DNA of 64,000 nt from an uncultured Acidobacteriota bacterium (GTDB taxonomy: Bacteria; Acidobacteriota; Thermoanaerobaculia; UBA5066). The notes under the pieces are model-generated. The model saw nothing but the letters and a program-made list of their open reading frames with translations. It had not been told where the DNA came from and ran no database searches. Shown in pieces: positions 49,764 to 59,558 of the stretch. Position numbers and translations under genes: made by a program. The stretch spans positions 896,001 through 960,000 of the forward strand of contig CAVZYA010000002.1 of NCBI GenBank assembly GCA_963779415.1. Direction: 5' to 3'. The first letter of the stretch is position 1. Every line of letters starts with the position of its first letter.

Positions 49764-50405
49764 TCACGAGAGAAGTGTCTCGTCGAGAAGCGTCTTCAGA
49801 AGTCCGCCGCGCGAGCGGACTCCCAGCTTCGTGAAGACGTGCTTGAGGTGGTCCTTCACCGTCCACTCGGTGATGAAGAGCTCACGCGCGATCTCCGCGT
49901 TCCGGAGCCCGCGGAGAAGGGCGGTGACGACCTCGGCCTCGCGTCCGGAGAGGCCGAGGGCGCAGAGGTGCGGGCGGAGGTCGGCGGGGCGAAGAGGCCC
50001 TTCCGGCCGCCCCGGGTTCCCATCCATCTCGCAGCGGGCCGACAGCTCGAGAAGCTGGGAGAGAAACGGCTCGAGAAGAGCGAAGCGGAGCCGCTCGGGC
50101 TCCGTCCAGGGGCGCGGGGCGCGGCGGAGAAGGACGAGCTTCCCTTCGACGAGGGCCGGGCAGCAGAACGCGAGCTCCAGGCGGCGGGCCGGGTCCGCCG
50201 GAGGGGCGGGGCCCCGGACGGCGCGGGCTGCGGAGAGGCGCTGGCGGTGGAAGCGCCGGCGGTACCGGAGCCCCTGCGGGCGGAAGACCACCTCCACCTC
50301 CACGGCGTCCGGGTCGAGAACCGACCGGACCGATTCCAGGACGCGGGTCAGGTTCCCGTCGTGCGGGGATCGGAACGGAGGGGGCGGGGCGGAGGAGCGT
50401 GCCAC
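49764..50405 (-). CDS. LuxR-family HTH transcriptional regulator
   Basis: LSGREAEVV..GLRNAEIARELFITEWTVKDHLKHVFTKLGVRSR; start GTG 50405 chosen after TACAAT and AGGAAG. Confidence 0.82.
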   Translation of the reverse strand: MARSSAPPPPFRSPHDGNLTRVLESVRSVLDPDAVEVEVVFRPQGLRYRRRFHRQRLSAARAVRGPAPPADPARRLELAFCCPALVEGKLVLLRRAPRPWTEPERLRFALLEPFLSQLLELSARCEMDGNPGRPEGPLRPADLRPHLCALGLSGREAEVVTALLRGLRNAEIARELFITEWTVKDHLKHVFTKLGVRSRGGLLKTLLDETLLS

Positions 50406-50539
50406 GTGTCTTCCTGCCCCCGGATTGTACGGAGGGATCGACCGTTCAAATCCTGACGCCGGCGGACGCACAGGACGGGGGGCGTGCTAGGATCCTGCTG
50501 TTCAACAGACGGACCGGCGTTCCCCGGAGGCTTACTTCC

Positions 50540-52480
50540 ATGCTGAGCTTCGAGGTCCGGAAGACCGGCGGCGAGTCGGAAGTCCGGAAAGTTCATCGCG
50601 ATGTCATTCACATTGGCGCTTCGTCGGGCAACGACCTCGTCGTGCGCGCCCGGGGTGTTCTCGGACGGCACGCCCGGATCTCGGTGGTCGGTGACGAGCT
50701 TCGGCTCGACGTTCTCGGTACGGCTCCCGGCTCCGACGTCACCCTCAACGGCTCGGTCGTCCGCTCCGCCTCGCTCGCGTCCGGCGACCGGATCTCGATC
50801 GGCGAAGCGACGATCACGCTCCTGAACGGACCGGCCCCGAACCCGAACCGGATCTCGGCCCCGCCTCCGCGCGGCCGCGACGCCTTCTCGATGGCGGCAG
50901 CGGCGCTGGGCGGGGGGAATGCGGCGGCCGCGCCGTCTCCGGCGGCCCCCGCGACTCCGGCGGCCCGGCCGGCTCCGGCTCCTCCGCCGGCGCCTCGCCC
51001 GTCCAACCACGTCGCCGATCTCGTCCCGCACCGGGTGGAGGAGGAGCGTGCCGCCGCACCGGCCCGGCCCGCGGATCTCTGGACGGGCATCTTCCTTCGG
51101 CTCTCTCACGGCGGCTCGTACGAGGAGATGCTTCAGGAGCTCGCGTCCTTCGTCGCCGGCAGCTCTCCCGTTCACTCGATCGCGTTCACCTCGCTCGAGG
51201 AGCCGGGGGCCGGCGAGGCCCTCGCGGCGCTCTGGAAAGGGACGCTCCCGAAGCTCTCCCCAAAGACGATCTCGGATCTCCGCGAGCGAGGGGCCCCCGT
51301 CGAAGCGTTCGAGGCGGGGACGCGGATCCGTGCCTTCCCGGTCACGCCTCCCGGAGGCGAGAGTGTCGCGGCCATTCTCGTCCCGTCCGAGACGGCCTCG
51401 GACCCGCATTGGGGCGAGTTCATCGCCCACCTCGCGGCGACGCTCGGCTTCGTCCACGCGTATCGGAGCGAACCGACCTTCGGCGAACGGGGAAGCCTTT
51501 CCGCCGCGGCGCCGGTGGCGGCGTCCGTCGGAGACCCGCTCGCTCTTCTCGTCGGCGGATCGCTCGCGATGCAGAACCTGAAGGCTTCGCTCTCGCGCGT
51601 GGCGGCCGCGCGCGCGCCGGTCCTCCTCATCGGAGACGTCGGGACGGGCAAGACGCTTGCCGCCGAGACGCTGCACTCGCTCTCCCCGCGCCGCTCCCGC
51701 CCGCTGGTCCGGATTGCCGCGACGGCCGCGACGCCGCAGTCGCTCGAGGAGGATCTTCTCGGCGGGCCCGCGTCGTCGGACCGGCGCCGGCGCGGCGGCC
51801 GCCTCTTCGAAGCCGAAGGAGGGACGCTCCTCGTCGAGGAGGTCGGCGACCTTCCGGCGCCAACCCAGGCTCTCTTCTTCCGGCTCCTCGAAGCACGCGA
51901 GGTGACGGCGTCCGGTGGGCGGACCGTCCCCGTGGACGTGCGCGTCATCGGCACCTCGTCCCGCCCCCTGACCCGGGCCGTCGAGGACGGCCACTTCCGC
52001 GACGACCTCTATTTCCGCCTCTCGGCCCTGACGCTCCGGATCCCGCCCCTGAAGGATCGTAAGGAGGACCTCCCGGCGCTCCTCGACGCCTTCGCGGCGC
52101 GGCACGGCGGCCCGACGGCAGAGCAGTTCGACGTGGAAGCGATGAACGCCCTTCTCGGCTACGGCTATCCGGGAAACATCCGCGAGCTGGAGAACGAGAT
52201 GCGGCGTCTCGCGGCCCAGATGGGACCGGGGCCCGTGACGCTGGCCCATCTCGACCAGAAGTTCTCCGGCGAGCACGTCGAGCTGGCGCTGAAGGAGAGC
52301 GACGACCTCAAGGAGATCGTGGAAAAAGTCGAGCGGCAGGTCATCGAGCGCGTCATGCGGAAAGTGCGCGGGAACCAGTCGCTCGGCGCGCGCCTCCTCA
52401 ACATTTCGCGCGGCAGCCTCATCGCGAAGATGAAGCAGTACGACATAAAGGATTTCCGCTACCTGAGAAGGAACGAGTAG
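50540..52480 (+). CDS. FHA-domain, degenerate sigma54-type AAA+ and Fis-HTH regulator
   Basis: IHIGASSGNDLVV..HARI..LNG..LASGDRISIG; GDVGTGKT; FRDDLYFRL; YPGNIRELEN; GNQSLGARLLNISR; no GAFTGA loop. Confidence 0.85.
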   Translation: MLSFEVRKTGGESEVRKVHRDVIHIGASSGNDLVVRARGVLGRHARISVVGDELRLDVLGTAPGSDVTLNGSVVRSASLASGDRISIGEATITLLNGPAPNPNRISAPPPRGRDAFSMAAAALGGGNAAAAPSPAAPATPAARPAPAPPPAPRPSNHVADLVPHRVEEERAAAPARPADLWTGIFLRLSHGGSYEEMLQELASFVAGSSPVHSIAFTSLEEPGAGEALAALWKGTLPKLSPKTISDLRERGAPVEAFEAGTRIRAFPVTPPGGESVAAILVPSETASDPHWGEFIAHLAATLGFVHAYRSEPTFGERGSLSAAAPVAASVGDPLALLVGGSLAMQNLKASLSRVAAARAPVLLIGDVGTGKTLAAETLHSLSPRRSRPLVRIAATAATPQSLEEDLLGGPASSDRRRRGGRLFEAEGGTLLVEEVGDLPAPTQALFFRLLEAREVTASGGRTVPVDVRVIGTSSRPLTRAVEDGHFRDDLYFRLSALTLRIPPLKDRKEDLPALLDAFAARHGGPTAEQFDVEAMNALLGYGYPGNIRELENEMRRLAAQMGPGPVTLAHLDQKFSGEHVELALKESDDLKEIVEKVERQVIERVMRKVRGNQSLGARLLNISRGSLIAKMKQYDIKDFRYLRRNE

Positions 52481-52502
52481 CGGCCCGGTCTAGACTTCCT
52501 TC

Positions 52503-53882
52503 GTGCCGGACCGGGAAGCCCGCGCGTTCCGCGGGCGCCTCACCGCAATCCTCGTCGTTCTCGGCCTCCTGACGGCGGGCTCGGTGGCGCTTTTCGGCCA
52601 TCTCCTCTTCAAGTCGCTCTCGCGCGACGTCGTCAACGACGCGCTGCTCCTCTCGCGCCTCGACGCCGAGAGGATCGCCCGTGGCGTGGCCGAGAAGTCC
52701 GCGGGCGACCCCTACATCCTCAAGCTGAAGCAGACGGAGATCGACCGCTATCTCCGGCAGGGGCTGGCCGAGCGGCAGATCCTGACGGAAGTCCAGATAG
52801 TGGACGTCCGGAAGAACGAGGTCATCTACTCCTACGGCTCCACGCTCAAGGTTCCGGAGACGACGCCGTCGGGCGTCGAAGGAGGATCGTCGGTCCCGGT
52901 CGAGCCGGTCCTTCCGCTGCCGCGAACCTATTCCCTCGAGACGCCGACGTCGAACCCCTACGACATCGAGGTCCCGATCGGCGACTTCGCGGTGCTCCGG
53001 TTCGGCGTCTCGCGCAAGGAGCTGGCCCGGCGGGTGGAGAGGCTCCGGAACGAGCTTTATCTCCGGACCGCGGCGGCCGCGGTCGTCTCGCTTCTCGGGA
53101 TCGCGGCCGCGTCCGCCGCCGTCGCGATCCTCTACCGGAGGACGCGGCGGGCGGAGGAGGCCCGCCAGGAGGCGGAACGACGCGCCGAGCTGGGCGAAGT
53201 GGCCGCGGGGCTCGCGCACGAGATCCGGAATCCGCTGAACGCCATGAGCCTCAACCTCGAGCTTCTCGAGGAGCAGCTCGGGAAGGCCCCCTCCGGAAGC
53301 GCCGTGGCGAGGGTCTCCTCGGCTTCCGCGGCCGAGCTCGCGGAAGCGGCGCGGCTCGAGACGTCGCGCCTCTCGCGCCTCCTGACGGATTTTCTCTCCT
53401 ACGCGCGCCCCACTCCCATCAGCGCGGTCCCGTCCGACCTGAACGAGCCGGCCGGAGAGGCCGTCGCCTTCCTGACGGCCGAGGCGACGAAGCGGGGGAT
53501 CGTCCTCGACTTCACGCCGCATCCCGGCGGGGCGCCCGCCCTTCTCGACGCGGCGCGCGTCAAGCAGGTCGTCCTGAACCTCGTCGGCAACGCGCTCGAC
53601 GCGGTGGAGGACGAGAGGGCCGCAGCACGCGAGGTCCACGTCCGCGTCGACGCGGAGGGGTCGAGCTGGAGGCTCACCGTCACCGACCTCGGGCCGGGCG
53701 TCCCCGACGACAAGAAGGACGAGCTCTTCCGCCTCTTCGAGTCGACGAAGCCCGCAGGGACCGGCCTCGGCCTTCCGATCGCCGATCGGATCGTCCGCGC
53801 CCACGGCGGCACGCTGACCCTCCACTCCGAAAAAGGCCAGCCGACCCGCGCCGTCGCGACGTTCCCGAAGCTGGCGAGTTGA
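52503..53882 (+). CDS. Sensor histidine kinase
   Basis: Two TM helices, AHEIRNPL, NLVGNA, DLGPG, GTGLGL. Confidence 0.92.
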   Translation: MPDREARAFRGRLTAILVVLGLLTAGSVALFGHLLFKSLSRDVVNDALLLSRLDAERIARGVAEKSAGDPYILKLKQTEIDRYLRQGLAERQILTEVQIVDVRKNEVIYSYGSTLKVPETTPSGVEGGSSVPVEPVLPLPRTYSLETPTSNPYDIEVPIGDFAVLRFGVSRKELARRVERLRNELYLRTAAAAVVSLLGIAAASAAVAILYRRTRRAEEARQEAERRAELGEVAAGLAHEIRNPLNAMSLNLELLEEQLGKAPSGSAVARVSSASAAELAEAARLETSRLSRLLTDFLSYARPTPISAVPSDLNEPAGEAVAFLTAEATKRGIVLDFTPHPGGAPALLDAARVKQVVLNLVGNALDAVEDERAAAREVHVRVDAEGSSWRLTVTDLGPGVPDDKKDELFRLFESTKPAGTGLGLPIADRIVRAHGGTLTLHSEKGQPTRAVATFPKLAS

Positions 53883-54049
53883 GCCGAGAACTACGTCAGA
53901 AAATAGACGGAGGCGATCGTGGCGAGCGACATCGCGATGGGGACCCAGGCACCCGGCCTGTGGAGCGAAAGCTCGTTCGCATCCCTCCGAAATATTGGGA
54001 ATGTCCGCGAGCAGATCGTAGAAATGAGACCTGACCCCGTTGCCTGCAA

Positions 54050-54511
54050 CTACCAGCAAGCCAGCGATTCAACGCCTCGTGAGCTGGACACAACCCGGGC
54101 ATTCGAGCATGGCTTCACTGCGAACACCTCCGGTGGGTCGCCGAGAAAAGGCGTCCAGGTAGAGTCCCAGCGGAGGAAGAACACGAAACCGGCGTCGACA
54201 CGAAGAAAGCCGGTGGCTAACGTGACATCCTCGACACCCGGGTCGCTTTCCTCATATGCCGCGAAGAACGGGGCGCCCGCACGAAAGGCAGAAACGACAC
54301 ATGCATCAACCGTGGAGCGGTCCCCGTTAAAGGCTGCCGTTCCGCAGTTGGTTGCGTTCGGCCCAGCCAGGCTCCGCAGAACGAACGGAAAACCGAGACG
54401 AAGGGAGTTCGGGACAGCCTGACCCATGGGCGTACGAGCTGATGCGCAGGCTGTGATCAGAGGGGCAGCGACGCAAACGAGGGTGAGTAGAAGGGCGCGA
54501 CCACGGTTCAC
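54050..54511 (-). CDS. Hypothetical lipoprotein in a lower-GC islet
   Basis: Signal with LITAC lipobox, several further Cys; atypical A/T-ending codons. Confidence 0.6.
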   Translation of the reverse strand: MNRGRALLLTLVCVAAPLITACASARTPMGQAVPNSLRLGFPFVLRSLAGPNATNCGTAAFNGDRSTVDACVVSAFRAGAPFFAAYEESDPGVEDVTLATGFLRVDAGFVFFLRWDSTWTPFLGDPPEVFAVKPCSNARVVSSSRGVESLACW

Positions 54512-54639
54512 TGCTTTTGCGGCCTAACCAGTAGTAGACGGCATGGGGAGTGGATACATCCAGGAATTCCTGGGCCGATTTTCGCGCCTCTGGGCAGAGA
54601 TAGCCAGAAAGGCATGGTCAGCGATAGGCAGGTTTTCGC

Positions 54640-55104
54640 TCATCCAACAAGGATCTTCACCCCCGTCAGATCGCCCTCGCCCCGCTGGAACGCGAGGATG
54701 CGGTCGACGAGCGTCCTGACGGGCCCGGGGAAGCCGAGGAGAAGCTCGCCTTGCGGGTTGAGAAGGACCTGCTCCGTCGTCCCGGTCGCCAGAAGCTCGC
54801 GTGAGGGGAGGCGCCGGACGTCGTAATCCATGACGAGCTTCGCCGTCTCGGGGGGAAGGAGCGCGGCCGAAACCTCGAGTGTGTCGTCGAGGCGCGCCGG
54901 GCGCTTCACGACCGCGTCGAAGCGGACGATCGGCACCTTGTACCCGAGCGCGAGCGCCTCGGCCGGCGTCAGGCCCGCCGCGGCGCAGAGTGCGTTTCGC
55001 GCGACCTCGAAATAGGCGAGGTAGTGGCCGTGCCAGACGACGCCATAAGAATCGACCTCGGGAAACCGGACGTCGAAGGAGACGGTGAAACGGCGGGAGG
55101 TCAT
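54640..55104 (-). CDS. Acyl-CoA/ACP thioesterase (4HBT/YbgC hot-dog fold)
   Basis: VRFPEVDSYGVVWHGHYLAYFEVAR. Confidence 0.9.
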   Translation of the reverse strand: MTSRRFTVSFDVRFPEVDSYGVVWHGHYLAYFEVARNALCAAAGLTPAEALALGYKVPIVRFDAVVKRPARLDDTLEVSAALLPPETAKLVMDYDVRRLPSRELLATGTTEQVLLNPQGELLLGFPGPVRTLVDRILAFQRGEGDLTGVKILVG

Positions 55105-56204
55105 GGGCGCTTGAGGACGGTGCAGAGGACGTTCCCCCCCGCGCCGAAGGCGTTGACGAGGACGGCGCCCGTCTCCGGACGCTCGGCGATCTCTTCCGCG
55201 GCGAGGGCGAGCTGAATGGCGCCGATGGCGGGGTTCTCTCCGAGAGACTCTTTCACGGCGACCGTTCGCGGCTGTGCCGGAAAGACGATTTCGAGAGCGC
55301 GCGCTTCGGCTCCATCGGTTTCCATCACGCCGTTTCGGGAGAGATGGACGAGGCCGATCTCCGACGGCGCGAGGCCGGCCTCGTCGAGCGCGGCACGCAT
55401 GGCGGCGGAAAGCTCCGCCGGATCGGCCCTCCGGAGCTGGGGGGAGACGGCGGCGGGGCGGATGACGACCGACGCGACGCGCGCCTTTACGGCGGCGCCC
55501 CTCTCGCGCGCCGCCTCTTCGTCCTCGACGAGCAGGAAGGCGGCTCCTTCCCCGAGGACGAATCCGGCCCGGCGTGCGGTCCGGGTCGCGTGAATCCTCT
55601 CGTAGACGAGGTGGTACTCGAGGTTCCACTCGTCGGAGGCTCCGACGAGGATGGCGTCGGCGCGCCGGTCGTCGAGGAGGAGCCGGGCGTAGAGGAGGGC
55701 GTTCTGCGCCGCCGGGTCCTTCTGCGTGATCGTGACGTTCGGCCCGCGGATCTGAAGCTCGATGGCGGTGACGGAGGCGGGGGCGTTCGAGACGGTGTAC
55801 GGAAAGAGGAAGGGAGACGCGGAGTCGGGCCCTTCGAGCGCCATCTGCCTCTCGAAGTCGACGAGCGGCCCGGCTCCCGCCGAGCCCGTGCCGACGAGGA
55901 TTCCGGTCCGCTCTTCCCGTCCGGCCATCGCGTAACCCCCGCTCGCGAGCGCCTGCCGCGCCGCCACCACGGCGTACTGGCTGGCCCGGTCGAGCCGGCG
56001 GGACTTCATCTTCGACATCTCGGGTTCGGTCGTGAACGTCACGATCCGCGCGGCGGGGGAGTGGTCCGGCCGGCTCGCCGGGATGTCGGGGGCTTCGACC
56101 GGGGCGAGAGCGCTTCTCCCCTCCGCGAGGGCAGTGCGCGTCGAGGGAAGGTCACGCCCGAGCGCGGTGACGGCCGAGGCACCGGTGACGACCACGGAGC
56201 GCAT
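55101..56204 (-). CDS. Ketosynthase-like protein lacking catalytic Cys (chain-length-factor-like)
   Basis: VVVTGASAVTALG, SPFLFPYTVSNAPA, GEGAA; TQKDPAA in place of TACSS. Confidence 0.85.
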   Translation of the reverse strand: MRSVVVTGASAVTALGRDLPSTRTALAEGRSALAPVEAPDIPASRPDHSPAARIVTFTTEPEMSKMKSRRLDRASQYAVVAARQALASGGYAMAGREERTGILVGTGSAGAGPLVDFERQMALEGPDSASPFLFPYTVSNAPASVTAIELQIRGPNVTITQKDPAAQNALLYARLLLDDRRADAILVGASDEWNLEYHLVYERIHATRTARRAGFVLGEGAAFLLVEDEEAARERGAAVKARVASVVIRPAAVSPQLRRADPAELSAAMRAALDEAGLAPSEIGLVHLSRNGVMETDGAEARALEIVFPAQPRTVAVKESLGENPAIGAIQLALAAEEIAERPETGAVLVNAFGAGGNVLCTVLKRP

Positions 56205-56206
56205 CG

Positions 56207-57418
56207 TCAGGCGGCCCCGAACGCGACGACGGTGGAGTTCCCTCCGAAGGCGAAGGAGCTGGAGAGGGCGGCGCGGACTCGGACCTCCCGAGCCACGTTC
56301 GGGACGACGTCGAGGTCACATTCGGGATCGGGGTTCTCGTACCGGATCGTGGGGGGGACGATGCCGGTCTCGATCGTCAGAACGGTTGCCACCGCTTCGA
56401 TCGCTCCGGCCGAGCAGAGGCAGTGGCCGAGCATCGACTTGATCGCGGAGACCGGAATCTCCATCGCGCGGCTCCCGAGGGCGCGCTTGAGCGCCTCCGT
56501 CTCGGCCGGGTCGTTCTGGGGGGTCGCCGTCGCGTGAGCATTCACGTAGTCGACGTCGCCGGGGTTCAGCCCCGCGTCGTGAAGACAGGCGCATAGAGTC
56601 CGCGCCCCCGCCTCGCCGGTCGGCTCGGGCTGGGTCATGTGGTGCGCGTCGGAGGTGACGCCGTAGCCGAGGAAGCGCGCGTGGATGGTGGCGCCTCGCC
56701 GCCGCGCCCGGTCTTCTTCCTCGAAAATGAGTATTCCCGCGGCCTCGCCCACCGTCATTCCCTTCCGCTCCCGGTCGAACGGGCGGCACGGCTCCGGGTC
56801 GGTGGCGCGCAGGGCGTTGAAGCCGCCGTGCGTCAGGCGGGCGAGAGTGTCGGCGCCTCCGGTCACGACGACGTCGCAGAGGCCGTGGCGGATCAGGTCG
56901 GCCGCGTAGCCGAGCGAGGTGGCCGACGACGAGCAGGCGGTCGTGATCGTCGAGCGCGGGCCGAGGAGGCGCCACCGCTCGGCGATCCGGTCGGTCGTCT
57001 GGTCGGGAGGATGGTTCAGGACGCGGGTCGGACGCGCGGCGCGCGGCCCTTCGGCGAGGAGGGTCCGGTAGTAGTTCTCGCTGTCGAGAAGGCCGGAGAC
57101 GCCGGCGCCGAGGACGACGCCGATTCTCTTCGGGTCTTCGCGGGAAAGGTCGAGGCCGCTGTCCCGAAGTGCCTCGGCGGCTGCGGCGAGGCCGATGACA
57201 TCCGTCCGCGAGAGGCGCCGCCGGACGGAGGGCGTCACGCCCGGATCGGGGAGCGACTTCACTTCGGCCGCCAGTTTCGTCCGGAAAGCCGAGGCGTCGA
57301 AGAGCGCGATGGGGCCGATGCCGCTCCGGCCGGCCACGAGGCCGTCCCATGTCGCGCGGAGGTCGTTTCCGAGCGACGAGACCGCCCCGAGGCCGGTGAC
57401 GGCGACGCGTCGGCTCAC
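56207..57418 (-). CDS. fabF: Beta-ketoacyl-ACP synthase (FabF-like)
   Basis: TTACSSS, CRPFD, DAHH, NAHATAT, KSMLGH, FAFGGNS. Confidence 0.88.
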   Translation of the reverse strand: MSRRVAVTGLGAVSSLGNDLRATWDGLVAGRSGIGPIALFDASAFRTKLAAEVKSLPDPGVTPSVRRRLSRTDVIGLAAAAEALRDSGLDLSREDPKRIGVVLGAGVSGLLDSENYYRTLLAEGPRAARPTRVLNHPPDQTTDRIAERWRLLGPRSTITTACSSSATSLGYAADLIRHGLCDVVVTGGADTLARLTHGGFNALRATDPEPCRPFDRERKGMTVGEAAGILIFEEEDRARRRGATIHARFLGYGVTSDAHHMTQPEPTGEAGARTLCACLHDAGLNPGDVDYVNAHATATPQNDPAETEALKRALGSRAMEIPVSAIKSMLGHCLCSAGAIEAVATVLTIETGIVPPTIRYENPDPECDLDVVPNVAREVRVRAALSSSFAFGGNSTVVAFGAA

Positions 57419-59550
57419 GGGCCGGATTTCGGCGCCGGCTTCTCGAAAGCCTTCGCGTCCGCGCCGGCGTTCACGCGGACCTCCTCGATCCGGAGCGTCT
57501 GGACCTTCTGCCCGTTCTGCGAGATCTCCTGCAGGAACGGGACCGTCAGCCCCTCGACGGGGCGGAAGTCGGAATAGTCGACGACGACGGTCGACGGCCC
57601 TGCCGGACCGGACCCGGCGTACGACGCGCGGAGGAGCCGTCCGCTCCCGGGGTCGAGGAACCACCGGACGTCGACCCCCTCGTACGAGAGGTCGAGGATC
57701 TCGGCCGCCACTTCTCCGATCTTCTCGGTGCCGGAGGCGGAGGCCGAGAGCTTCGGGTCCTCCCCCTTCTGTCCGAGATAGAAGGGACTGCGGCGGACCT
57801 GCTTCAGCATCTCGTCGCGCTGGGAGACGGGGAGGTCCTGCGTTCCCATCGGGGTGACGACGAAAGCGCCGGCGGGGGTCGCGATCTGCGTCAGGTTCCC
57901 CATCGGCGTCTGCATCTCCTGGCGGATCCGGTCCGGGAAAACGAGGAGCGATGTAACGCCCAGCTCCATCTCGCCGCCGGGGGTCTTCATGACGGCCTTC
58001 CCCTTCGTCGTGAGGTCCTTCACGGCGCCGAGGCGCCCGGCGCCTCCCATCGCGGCGACGCTCCTCGCAAATAGCGCCTTGCCGGCCGTGCGGGAAGCGT
58101 CCGTCGCGGCCGCCTTCTTCTCTCCGGGAGGGGGCGGAATCGTGATGTCGACCTTCGTCACCGGGCCGAACACCGTGAGCGGGCGGTCGAAGTCGGCGCT
58201 CCTGCCGACGACGAGGAGCGCGAGGTCCGCGCGCCGGACGTACCTCTTCGCGACCCGCTGGACGTCCTCCGCCGTCACTTTCTCGACGGCGGTCCGGTAG
58301 CGGTCGAGGAAGTCGGGCGGGTAGCCGTAGAACTCGTTCAGGACCTGCTCGCGGAGGACCTTTTCCTTCGAGTCGAAGCGGAAGATGAAGGAGTTGAGGA
58401 TCGCGTCCTTCGCCTTCTTCATCTCATCCCCGGAGGGGGGCTTCGCGGCGATCGCGTCGATCTCGACGAAAAGGGCATCGATTCCCGCGGCTGTCGTCGC
58501 GCTCTTCGTGCCGAGAAAGACGTCGAAGAGGCCGGGATAGTCCCAGTTCGACCGGACGCCGCCGGAGACGGCGTACGCGAGGCCCTTCTCCGAGCGGACG
58601 TGGCTGAAGAGGCGTGACGAGAAGCCGCCGCCGAAGATCTCGTTCATCACCTCGAGGGCGAAGTAGTCGGGATTCTTCCGTTCGATCCCGAGGGCGACGA
58701 GATGGATGCTCGACTGGTTCACGTCGTCCTTCTCGACGAGGAAGACGCCGGGGGCGGGGGCCGTCCGGTACCCGGCCGGAGGGTCGGCGACGGCGGGGCC
58801 TTTCGCCCAGCCGCCGAAGGCCTTCCGGAGCTTCGCCTCCATCTCTTTCGCGTCGAAGTCCCCGACGACGCCCATGACGATCCGGTCGGGATGGACGTAC
58901 TTCCGATGCCACGCGAAGAGGTCCTCCCGCGTGATCGCCGCGACCGTCGCGTATTCCGGGATGCGGGCGTAGGGACTCCCGGCGCCGTAGCCGAGCTTCC
59001 TCGCCTCGCGGCTCGCGATCTCCATCGGCTCGTCGTTCCGGCGCGCGATCGCCGTCCGCATCTGGTTCGTCGCGAGGACGAGCTTCTCCTCGCGGAACTC
59101 GGGGGCTTCGAGGAGGTCGGCGAAGACGGAGAAGACGGCGTCGAAATCCCCCTTCAGGCAGGAGAGGGAGATGCTCGCAGCAGCCGTCCCGACGCCGGTC
59201 TCGACCTTCGCCGCCCGGGCCTCGAGGAAGTCGTCCAGCTCGTCGCCGGTCTTCGTCTTCGTCCCGCCCGTCCGCCAGCTCTGTCCGACGACGGAGCCGA
59301 GGCCCGCTTTTTCCGCCGGGTCGTTCCGGGTGCCGCCCCGGATGACGGCATAGGCGTCGATGAGCGGCAGCTCGTGATCCTCCATCAGGAGAAGAACCAT
59401 TCCGTTCGGGAGGGCGACCCGGACGGGCTTCGCGATCGTGAAGGACTTGAGCGGCGGGGTGGGGATCTCCTTCCACTCCTTCGCCTGCGCCAGAAGGAGG
59501 GCCGGGGAGAGGAGGAGCGCGACGGCAGCGGCAGCGAGGAGCTTCTTCAT
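57415..59550 (-). CDS. Secreted M16 family peptidase, non-catalytic subunit with C-terminal extension
   Basis: Signal peptide; LPNGMVL..DHELP; no HxxEH; SRLFSHVRSEKGLAY; extra ~240-aa C-terminal domain. Confidence 0.85.
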   Translation of the reverse strand: MKKLLAAAAVALLLSPALLLAQAKEWKEIPTPPLKSFTIAKPVRVALPNGMVLLLMEDHELPLIDAYAVIRGGTRNDPAEKAGLGSVVGQSWRTGGTKTKTGDELDDFLEARAAKVETGVGTAAASISLSCLKGDFDAVFSVFADLLEAPEFREEKLVLATNQMRTAIARRNDEPMEIASREARKLGYGAGSPYARIPEYATVAAITREDLFAWHRKYVHPDRIVMGVVGDFDAKEMEAKLRKAFGGWAKGPAVADPPAGYRTAPAPGVFLVEKDDVNQSSIHLVALGIERKNPDYFALEVMNEIFGGGFSSRLFSHVRSEKGLAYAVSGGVRSNWDYPGLFDVFLGTKSATTAAGIDALFVEIDAIAAKPPSGDEMKKAKDAILNSFIFRFDSKEKVLREQVLNEFYGYPPDFLDRYRTAVEKVTAEDVQRVAKRYVRRADLALLVVGRSADFDRPLTVFGPVTKVDITIPPPPGEKKAAATDASRTAGKALFARSVAAMGGAGRLGAVKDLTTKGKAVMKTPGGEMELGVTSLLVFPDRIRQEMQTPMGNLTQIATPAGAFVVTPMGTQDLPVSQRDEMLKQVRRSPFYLGQKGEDPKLSASASGTEKIGEVAAEILDLSYEGVDVRWFLDPGSGRLLRASYAGSGPAGPSTVVVDYSDFRPVEGLTVPFLQEISQNGQKVQTLRIEEVRVNAGADAKAFEKPAPKSGP

Positions 59551-59558
59551 CGACGGCC

